The translations under genes were made by a program, and so were the position numbers. A stretch of DNA of 64,000 nucleotides from a bacterium (lineage in GTDB: Bacteria; Desulfobacterota; DSWW01), in assembly GCA_040756235.1 (NCBI GenBank), contig JBFLZG010000126.1:1-64000 (forward strand), in the 5' to 3' direction. The notes beneath the pieces were generated by a model that was not told the origin of the DNA, made no database searches, and saw nothing but the letters and a program-made list of their open reading frames with translations. How positions within the stretch are numbered: position 1 is the stretch's first letter; each line of letters opens with the position of its first letter. Shown here one piece after another: positions 28,629-35,351 of this stretch.

Positions 28629-28689
28629 CTTCGTCCTCCTTGTGGTCAATTGCTGTCAGTGGCCGATGCAAAGCTACCACACCCAGGCA

Positions 28690-28800
28690 TCGGGTGTCAG
28701 GCCCGAGAAGGTTCCAGGTATCAGGTATCGGGTTTTAGGAAATCCGCAAGCCGACCCTTTCTCGTTTCCCTGACACCTAACACCTGACACCTGAAACCTG
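28690..28800. repeat. Inverted pair of heptamer tandem repeats
   Basis: CAGGTAT-CAGGTAT-CGGGTTT-TAGG ... CCTGACA-CCTAACA-CCTGACA-CCTGAAA-CCTG. Confidence 0.7.
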
Positions 28801-28802
28801 TC

Positions 28803-29366
28803 TTATACTCTTTTCGCGATCTCCCGCTCCACGAACCACCAGTCGGTGGAATCGGTTTCCATCGCCAGGCGGGCGAGCTGCTTGGCGGAGTCGGTGAGCA
28901 GTCTCTGGTAAGCGAACTCGAGCCAGGGGCCGGCGCGCAGATTTCCGATGTCGGCCTGCTCCTTGACGTGCAGGAGCAGCTCGAGCTGGTCCGCGTCATG
29001 GGCGAGCCTCGCCTCGAGGGTTTTCTTTTCCTCGAATTCCCGCACGAGGGAGGCGATTTCCTCGCCGAAGGGAAGCCGGAGCACGAACCCCTCCAGGACC
29101 TTCTCTCCGTCCGCCGCGACGTATTTTTTGTTCACGTAGTTCAAGTCTCCGATCCTGGCTTCGGGCAGATCATGGAACAGGCACATCTTGAGGAGCCGGG
29201 CCATGTCCGCGCCCTCCGCGAGGTTGCCCAGGACATAGGCGATGAAAAGCACGCGGCAGGTGTGATCGGCCACCGACTCGCTTCCCGATCCCAGATAGGC
29301 ATATCCGCTGCGGGCGAGCTTCTTGAGGAAGCCCGCCTCGAACAGAAAGTCGACGATTGCTTTCAC
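28803..29366 (-). CDS. HD-domain phosphohydrolase (5'-deoxynucleotidase-like)
   Basis: LKKLARSG, ESVADH, LFHDLPEARIGD, DADQLE; GTG start inside the longer track ORF. Confidence 0.85.
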   Translation of the reverse strand: MKAIVDFLFEAGFLKKLARSGYAYLGSGSESVADHTCRVLFIAYVLGNLAEGADMARLLKMCLFHDLPEARIGDLNYVNKKYVAADGEKVLEGFVLRLPFGEEIASLVREFEEKKTLEARLAHDADQLELLLHVKEQADIGNLRAGPWLEFAYQRLLTDSAKQLARLAMETDSTDWWFVEREIAKRV

Positions 29367-29576
29367 GGGTGGATCTCCTTTCGATTCCTCTTTCACGCTC
29401 GGCAAGACGTTGGGCGGCCAACCGCTCTCGTGCTCCGTGCACCGGGCACGGGACCGGGGGGGACAGACGGGATCTCCGGGAGGATTGTCGGGGCCCCCCC
29501 GCTGTGTTACACTGACCCAACCTTTCACAGCTAGCCATCGACATCCCGCACAGAACGACAGAAGGAGATAGCGCCC

Positions 29577-29981
29577 ATGAAGAGGACGCCAGGTTGTCCG
29601 AGACGAAGCCTCCACCTCCTGCTGGCCCTCCTGGGCGCGTTGGTGATTTCGAGCCTTCCCTTGCTCGCGCCATTCCTCCCTCCGGATGCCGCCCTGGCCG
29701 ACGAAAAGCCGAAGGACAGCCAGGAAGTCCAGGCATCTGTCAGCAAAACGAATCTCGTAACCGTTTACATTACCTCCTGGTGCCCGGCCTGTAAAATGAC
29801 CACGGACTACCTCAAAGAAAAGAACATCGCCTATACGGTCAAGGACGTGGAGAAGAATTCGGATTACCTCAAAGAAATGGTGGAGAAAGTGGGCGGCTAT
29901 CGCGGAGTGCCGGTGGTGGACGTCAACGGCAAGATCATTCTGGGCTTCAACCCCTATGTCATGGACGAGCTGGTGAAGTGA
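29577..29981 (+). CDS. Glutaredoxin/NrdH-like protein with N-terminal signal
   Basis: RBS AAGGAG, hydrophobic leader, WCPAC, GVPVVDVNG..ILGF. Confidence 0.85.
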   Translation: MKRTPGCPRRSLHLLLALLGALVISSLPLLAPFLPPDAALADEKPKDSQEVQASVSKTNLVTVYITSWCPACKMTTDYLKEKNIAYTVKDVEKNSDYLKEMVEKVGGYRGVPVVDVNGKIILGFNPYVMDELVK

Positions 29982-30051
29982 TCGCCGGCTCCCTTTTCTG
30001 TCCCTTCCATCCCCTGCTGCCCCCCGACGACGGTGAGCTGACAACCGATCG

Positions 30052-30651
30052 ATGAGAATCGTCGGCCTGACAGGCGGCATCGCAAGCGGCAAGAGCACGG
30101 TCTCGGAGATGTTCCGAAGGCTCGGCGCCGAGATCGTGGACGCCGACCTCACGGCCCGTGAAGTGGTCCGGCCGGGCCGCTGGGCCTGGAAGCGAATCGT
30201 CGCGCGGTTCGGTCCGGAGGTGGTCCAGGCGGACGGCCAGATCGACCGGAAGCGGCTCGGGCAGAGGATCTTCGAATCCCCATCGGAGAGGCGCTACCTC
30301 AACTGGATCACGCATCCCCCGATCTACCTTGAGATTCTCAAGGACGTCGCGCGCCGCTGGCGCAGACGAGCGCCTCTGGTCATGGTGGACGCGGCCCTGC
30401 TGTATGAGACCCCCCTGCGATTTTTCATCCAGCCGGTGATCGTGGTGTACACGGATCCTGAGCGCCAGCTCGAGCGACTCATGCGGCGGGACGGGGTGAA
30501 CCGGGAGGAGGCGCTCGCGCGGATCCGCTCCCAGCTCCCTCTGGAGGAAAAGAAGAAGCGCGCCGAGTACGTGATCGACAATTCCGGCACCACCGTGGAA
30601 ACGCAGAGGCAGGTCGTCGATCTGTGGCGAAAGATCACGTCTGTTTCGTAG
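30052..30651 (+). CDS. coaE: Dephospho-CoA kinase
   Basis: GLTGGIASGKSTV, DAD, IDRKRLG, THP, LLYE, IDNSG. Confidence 0.96.
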   Translation: MRIVGLTGGIASGKSTVSEMFRRLGAEIVDADLTAREVVRPGRWAWKRIVARFGPEVVQADGQIDRKRLGQRIFESPSERRYLNWITHPPIYLEILKDVARRWRRRAPLVMVDAALLYETPLRFFIQPVIVVYTDPERQLERLMRRDGVNREEALARIRSQLPLEEKKKRAEYVIDNSGTTVETQRQVVDLWRKITSVS

Positions 30652-30676
30652 GGGGCGACCGGCCGGTCGCCCCTGC
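30648..30676. repeat. GTAG-type REP-like palindrome between convergent coaE and apt (possible bidirectional terminator)
   Basis: GTAGGGGGCGACCGGCCGGTCGCCCCTGC. Confidence 0.75.
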
Positions 30677-31209
30677 TAGGATTCGTACTGGATCAGGCTG
30701 AAAGCCGGGCGCCCGCCCAGCCTGGCGCGGCCCCTGAGCCCGACCAGCTCGACCAGAAAGCAGCATTCCAGGATCTGCCCGCCCGTCCGTTCCACCAATC
30801 GGCAAGCCGCCGCCGCCGTTCCTCCGGTCGCCAGAAGATCATCGACCAGGATCACCTGCTGCCCTTTTTCGATCGGATCGTCATGCATCTCGATCGAATC
30901 GGTCCCGTACTCGAGAGCGTAGTTCTCCTGGATGGTGCGCGCGGGCAGCTTGCCCGGCTTACGGATGGGAATGAACCCGGCTCCCAGGCGGTAAGCCAGG
31001 GCGGCGCCCAGAATGAAACCCCTCGCTTCGATGCAGACGACGGCGTCCACGCGTTCTCCGATGTACCGCTCGGCAAAAAGGTCGATGGTCTTGGCGAAAG
31101 CCCTGCGGTCCCTGAGCAGCGTGGTGATGTCATAGAAAAGGATCCCCGGCTTGGGAAAGTCGGGCACTTCTCGGATGGCCTTGCGAAGCTCTTCCATGGA
31201 TGCCTCCAT
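30676..31209 (-). CDS. apt: Adenine phosphoribosyltransferase
   Basis: PDFPKPGILFYDIT, IEARGF, RKPGKLP, LEYG, VDDLLATGGT; start may be 31197. Confidence 0.96.
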   Translation of the reverse strand: MEASMEELRKAIREVPDFPKPGILFYDITTLLRDRRAFAKTIDLFAERYIGERVDAVVCIEARGFILGAALAYRLGAGFIPIRKPGKLPARTIQENYALEYGTDSIEMHDDPIEKGQQVILVDDLLATGGTAAAACRLVERTGGQILECCFLVELVGLRGRARLGGRPAFSLIQYES

Positions 31210-31222
31210 TCATGTTGCTTCT

Positions 31223-32152
31223 TCACGGCAGATACAGCATGGGATCCACCGTCTTGACGTTGCGCCGGACCTCGAAGTGCAGGTGGTTTCCGTCCGCGCG
31301 GCCGGTCGCGCCCACTTCGGCGATCACCTGGCCCTTCTTGACCGGCTCGTCCACTTTGACCAGGTTTCGCCGGTTGTGGGCATAGACCGTCGTGAAGCCG
31401 TCGGGGTGCTGCACGATGATCAGGTTCCCGTAGCCGGAAATGCCGTTGTCGCTGTAAATGACCTTGCCCCCTTCCGCGGCCCTGATCGGAGTCCCTTTGG
31501 GCACGGCGATGTCGATCCCGTCGTGTTTCCTCCCGTCACGGACCCCGTACCAGGTCGTCACAGGCCCTTTGAGGGGCCAGGCGAAATCGAGCCCCCGCGG
31601 CTTGATCGGCGCGCCGGCTGTCTCGTGGCCGCTGCCGGTCCGGGAGCCGAGCTGCACCGGCCTCTGGGGTTCCGCAGCCCTTCCTGCGCCGGGAGCCGGC
31701 GTCCTTTCCTCCGGGAGCGGAACCTCCAGGACCCTGCTGGCGCCGGGAATGAAGAGGGCCTGCCCTGCACGGACCTCGGCGGGATTGTCGATGTTGTTGA
31801 TCTGGCAGACCGCCTGCTCGTCCGCCTGGTACACGTGACAGATCCGCCACAGGGTTTCCCCCGGATGCACCGTGTGCATCACTCCGTTCATGACTTTTTC
31901 GGCGCCCGGGATGAACAGCTCCTGTCCGGCCCGGATGGACTCGGGGTTTTCGATCCCGTTCAGGCGGCAGACCGTCTCCATGTTCACTTTGTAAGCGTAG
32001 CAGATCCGCCAGAGGGTCTCCCCGGGCCTGACCGTGTGATGCACGCCGGCTCGGGTCCTGCCCTTGACGGACGCGCACCCCTGGAAGGCGAATGCAGCGG
32101 CACCCGACAGCACCAGGAGAACCCGAAGGGCGGCCAGAGCCCTCCGCTTCAA
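31223..32152 (-). CDS. LysM + M23 peptidase-domain lipoprotein (NlpD-like)
   Basis: AFQGC lipobox, two LysM repeats (HTV.PGETLWRI), HDGID, YAH, HLHFE; follows surE-pcm. Confidence 0.9.
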   Translation of the reverse strand: MKRRALAALRVLLVLSGAAAFAFQGCASVKGRTRAGVHHTVRPGETLWRICYAYKVNMETVCRLNGIENPESIRAGQELFIPGAEKVMNGVMHTVHPGETLWRICHVYQADEQAVCQINNIDNPAEVRAGQALFIPGASRVLEVPLPEERTPAPGAGRAAEPQRPVQLGSRTGSGHETAGAPIKPRGLDFAWPLKGPVTTWYGVRDGRKHDGIDIAVPKGTPIRAAEGGKVIYSDNGISGYGNLIIVQHPDGFTTVYAHNRRNLVKVDEPVKKGQVIAEVGATGRADGNHLHFEVRRNVKTVDPMLYLP

Positions 32153-32319
32153 AGAAACGGCACCTCGCTCCCGGATCTCTTGGAGGGCCGTGCCCAAAGC
32201 CCGGTCGGGTCTATGCGCTGCAGCGATTTCCAACCCCCATCCCGGGCGGGACCCGATGCAGGGACACCGAACCTCGAAGCAGCGGCGCTTTCCGACGGGC
32301 TCCGGCGACCGCCGGCGCT

Positions 32320-32979
32320 TCACCCCCTCGCCTTGCCCCCGGTCAGGGGAACGAACCGGCACGGCCCGATGACCTGTTGATTGTATCCGGACGCCTGCTT
32401 GACGAAGCGCACGAGCTGCTGTTGACCCTGTCCGTTCTCCACCGGAAGGACGAGCCTGCCGCCCGGTTGGAGCTGGTCGAGCAAAGCTTCCGGCACCCTG
32501 GAGGCGGCGGCGCTCACCACGATGGCGTCAAAAGGGCTTTCGTCGCTCCAGCCGAACGATCCGTCCAGGATGCGGACCGCGATGTTATGGTAGCCCAGGA
32601 GATCGAGGATCTGGCGCGCCTTGCGAGCCAACAGGGGAAGCCGCTCCATGGAGTAGACGTGCTCGGCCAGCTCAGCCAGGATGGCGGTCTGGTATCCGGA
32701 CCCCGTTCCGATCTCCAGCACCCTTTCGCCGCGGGACAGCTCGAGGGCCGCCGTGGTCAGGGCGACGATGTAAGGCTGGCTGATGGTCTGCTTCTCGCCG
32801 ATCGGAAGAGCATAGTCACCGTAAGCTCTCTCGCGCAGGGCCTCGTCCACGAACAGATGTCGAGGCACCCTTTCCATGGCGGCGAGGAGCCGGGGCTCCA
32901 CGATGCCTCTGGCACGGACGTAATCCTCAACCATCCTTTTCCGGAGCCGCGTCAGCTCTGGTCTGTCCAATGGCGGCAC
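32320..32979 (-). CDS. pcm: Protein-L-isoaspartate O-methyltransferase
   Basis: VPRHLFV, QTISQPY, VLEIGTGSGYQ, PFDAI, FVPL; exact start uncertain. Confidence 0.95.
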   Translation of the reverse strand: MPPLDRPELTRLRKRMVEDYVRARGIVEPRLLAAMERVPRHLFVDEALRERAYGDYALPIGEKQTISQPYIVALTTAALELSRGERVLEIGTGSGYQTAILAELAEHVYSMERLPLLARKARQILDLLGYHNIAVRILDGSFGWSDESPFDAIVVSAAASRVPEALLDQLQPGGRLVLPVENGQGQQQLVRFVKQASGYNQQVIGPCRFVPLTGGKARG

Positions 32980-33745
32980 GCTTGGGACCCATCCGCATGG
33001 TGGATTCGAGGAAGTCGTGGTCTGTCAGGTCGATGCGCAGAGGAGTGACGGAGACATGTCCGTCTTTCACCGCCTTCCAGTCGGTCTCGGAAGCATCCCC
33101 CGCGTCCAGATACTGGAGCGTGTCCCTTCCGTAGGTAAAGCAGCGGTTTCCCTGCGCATCGCTGCGCTCTTCCAGAAAGTCGGCGTAGAGCTTGCGGCCA
33201 AGCCGGGTCCAACGAACCTGGAGCGGGGACCCGTCCAGGACGTTCGGCACATTCACGTTGAGCAGGGTGCCGGGCGGAAGGCCGTGCTGCAGGATCCAGC
33301 CGGCGATCTCGCGGGCGGCCTGGGCAGCCGGAAGGAACAGGAAGCCGCCGGAGGCGGCCACCGACACCGCCATGGAGGGGATCCGGAGCAGAGTCGCCTC
33401 CGTGGCCGCGCCCACCGTCCCCGAATATGTCACGTCCTCGGCCAGGTTGGCGCCCTTGTTGATTCCCGAGACCACCAAATCGGGCTTGCGGGGGAGAAGC
33501 CTGTGGATGGCGATGTTCACGCAGTCGCTCGGCGACCCGCTCGTCGAGAACCGGCGCTCTCCCTCGGGCAGGACCGTGACGGGTGCGTTCAAAGTGATCG
33601 TGTGGCTGTTCGCGTTCCGTTCCCGGTCCGGAGCAACCACCCAGATCTCGCCCAGGTCCGCGAGGGCTTCCTCGTTGGCGCGCAGCCCTTCCGAGCAGAT
33701 GCCGTCATCGTTGGTCAGCAGTATCAGCCGTTTAGGAAGAGTCAT
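32927..33745 (-). CDS. surE: 5'/3'-nucleotidase SurE
   Basis: LLTNDDG, VVAP, SGINKGAN, YSGTV, LNVN, SVTPL. Confidence 0.95.
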   Translation of the reverse strand: MTLPKRLILLTNDDGICSEGLRANEEALADLGEIWVVAPDRERNANSHTITLNAPVTVLPEGERRFSTSGSPSDCVNIAIHRLLPRKPDLVVSGINKGANLAEDVTYSGTVGAATEATLLRIPSMAVSVAASGGFLFLPAAQAAREIAGWILQHGLPPGTLLNVNVPNVLDGSPLQVRWTRLGRKLYADFLEERSDAQGNRCFTYGRDTLQYLDAGDASETDWKAVKDGHVSVTPLRIDLTDHDFLESTMRMGPKRAAIGQTRADAAPEKDG

Positions 33746-33814
33746 GGTCGGCGGCCGTCCACGCGCGTCGGTGCGATGCCGGGATCGTCAAAATCTCCTT
33801 GCGATTGAAGGAAG

Positions 33815-33843
33815 ATCCTAACAAAAGCTAGAATATCCTGCAA
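33815..33843 (-). promoter_or_regulatory. Putative sigma70 promoter of the surE operon
   Basis: Minus strand TTGCAG-17 nt-TAGGAT with extended TG. Confidence 0.5.
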
Positions 33844-33856
33844 CTCCGTTGGGAAT

Positions 33857-33968
33857 TCCCTCTCCCCCGTGGCACGGGGGAGAGGGACAGGGTGAGGGGG
33901 AAGACCCGTAGACAGGACCACCTCCACCCCTCATCCTGACCTTCTCCCCTCGGCGAGGGGAGAAGGGA
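33857..33968. repeat. Inverted pair of CCCTCTCCC...GGGAGAGGG hairpin repeats
   Basis: TCCCTCTCCCCCGTG-G-CACGGGGGAGAGGGACAGGGTGAGGGG and CCCCTCATCCTGACCTTCTCCCCTCGGCGAGGGGAGAAGG. Confidence 0.7.
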
Positions 33969-34023
33969 TGAAAGGCGTGACGTTCGGCTTGAAACGGGCC
34001 GGCACACAGGGGAGACGCAAAGA

Positions 34024-35133
34024 TTGCAGGTATTGGATCCGAACCGGAATGAAGCGGCCCGGCCGGGAGCTTCGGTGCTCGTGGCCATGAGCGGCGGGGT
34101 GGACTCCTCTGTCGCGGCGTGGCTCCTGCGCGAGGAAGGAATGCGGGTCGAGGGCCTCACGCTAAGTCTCTGCCCCGAGCCGCTTGCGGTCGAGCACCCG
34201 GTGTGGGCCCTACGCTGTCTGGAGTCGGTCGAACGGGCGCGCCGGGTCTGCCGCCTCCTCGGAGTCCGGCATGCGATCGTGGAGCAAGCCGACGCTTTCT
34301 GGGAGCGAGTGGTCGACCCGTTCTGTACCGAGTACGCCGGAGGCAGAACGCCCAACCCCTGCGTGCTCTGCAACCCGCGGGTGAAGTGGGCGGCTCTGCT
34401 GGAGGAGGCCGGCAGGAGAGGCTGTGACTTCGTGGCGACCGGCCATTACGCCCGCCTGGCGCGGACCGGAGGACGGGTACAGATTCTCAGGGGGCTGGAC
34501 CGCTCCAAGGACCAGTCCTACGCCCTTTACGGTCTCGATCAGACCGCCTTGGGACGGACCCTTTTCCCTTTGGGTGCCCGGAGGAAATCCGAGGTGCGGA
34601 AGGCTGCCACCGACCTCCGCCTGCCGGTCTGGGATACGGCCGAGAGCCAGGATGTCTGCTTCATTCCGAAGCGGGGGCACGAGGACTTCCTGGCGGCGCG
34701 CGTTGCCCTGGCGCCGGGCCCCATCGAGGACTCCGAGGGACGGCTCCTGGGCACCCACCGCGGCCTTGCCCTCTATACGGTCGGCCAGCGCAAGGGCCTC
34801 GGCGTTGCCGGGGGTAAGCCTCTCTACGTGCTCGCCAAAGATGCGGCTGCCAACCGCCTGGTCGTCGGCCCCAGGGAGGCCCTCTGCCGCCGGTGCTTTT
34901 TGGTGAGCGGCGTGAGCTGGGTCTCGAGCGAAGCGCCTCCCGACGGAAGTTCTCTTGAGACCGAGGTCGAGCTGCGCTACCGGGCGAGACCGGTGCCGGC
35001 CGAGATTCGGGTCCTTGCCGGCGGTCGCGTCGAAGTCCGCCTCGATCGCCACACGCAGGCGGTCGCCCCCGGTCAGAGTGCGGTCTGGTACCAGGGAGAG
35101 GTGCTCATCGGGGGCGGCATCATCGAGGAATGA
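34024..35133 (+). CDS. mnmA: tRNA 2-thiouridine(34) synthase
   Basis: AMSGGVDSS, TPNPCVLCN, ATGHY, KDQSY, ESQDVCF, YTVGQRKGL, PGQSAV; start uncertain. Confidence 0.95.
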   Translation: MQVLDPNRNEAARPGASVLVAMSGGVDSSVAAWLLREEGMRVEGLTLSLCPEPLAVEHPVWALRCLESVERARRVCRLLGVRHAIVEQADAFWERVVDPFCTEYAGGRTPNPCVLCNPRVKWAALLEEAGRRGCDFVATGHYARLARTGGRVQILRGLDRSKDQSYALYGLDQTALGRTLFPLGARRKSEVRKAATDLRLPVWDTAESQDVCFIPKRGHEDFLAARVALAPGPIEDSEGRLLGTHRGLALYTVGQRKGLGVAGGKPLYVLAKDAAANRLVVGPREALCRRCFLVSGVSWVSSEAPPDGSSLETEVELRYRARPVPAEIRVLAGGRVEVRLDRHTQAVAPGQSAVWYQGEVLIGGGIIEE

Positions 35134-35258
35134 TGGGCTCCTGCTCGTTGATGAACCTGCGCCGTGCGCATGGCAGCGGACCTCGACGCATGAGACGGAG
35201 GGCTTCGGGAGGCGCAGAAACGAAGGCAGAGGGCGCTTGCCCGCTTGGTTGATTTTTA

Positions 35259-35287
35259 TTGCAAAGGAACACTTTGCATTTTATAGT
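35259..35287 (+). promoter_or_regulatory. Sigma70-like promoter overlapped by a palindromic operator
   Basis: TTGCAA-17 nt-TATAGT; inverted repeat TGCAAAG-N5-CTTTGCA at 35260-35278. Confidence 0.65.
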
Positions 35288-35351
35288 CGGCTCGGTAAAG
35301 CACAAGAGGCGCCCCGGAAGACCCCACAACCCAGGCAGGCGAGGTGCAATC

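Noticed and set aside
28768..28800. CRISPR array suggested by short repeats
   Set aside because: Period-7 tandem repeats without unique spacers; no cas genes in the window
29430..29505. G7/C7-bounded possible structured RNA between the HD and glutaredoxin genes
   Set aside because: Pairing is weak beyond the homopolymer runs and I recognise no riboswitch motif
35245..35263. Possible sigma54 promoter TGGTTGATTTTTATTGC
   Set aside because: GG to GC spacing is 12, not 10; a sigma70 match fits better
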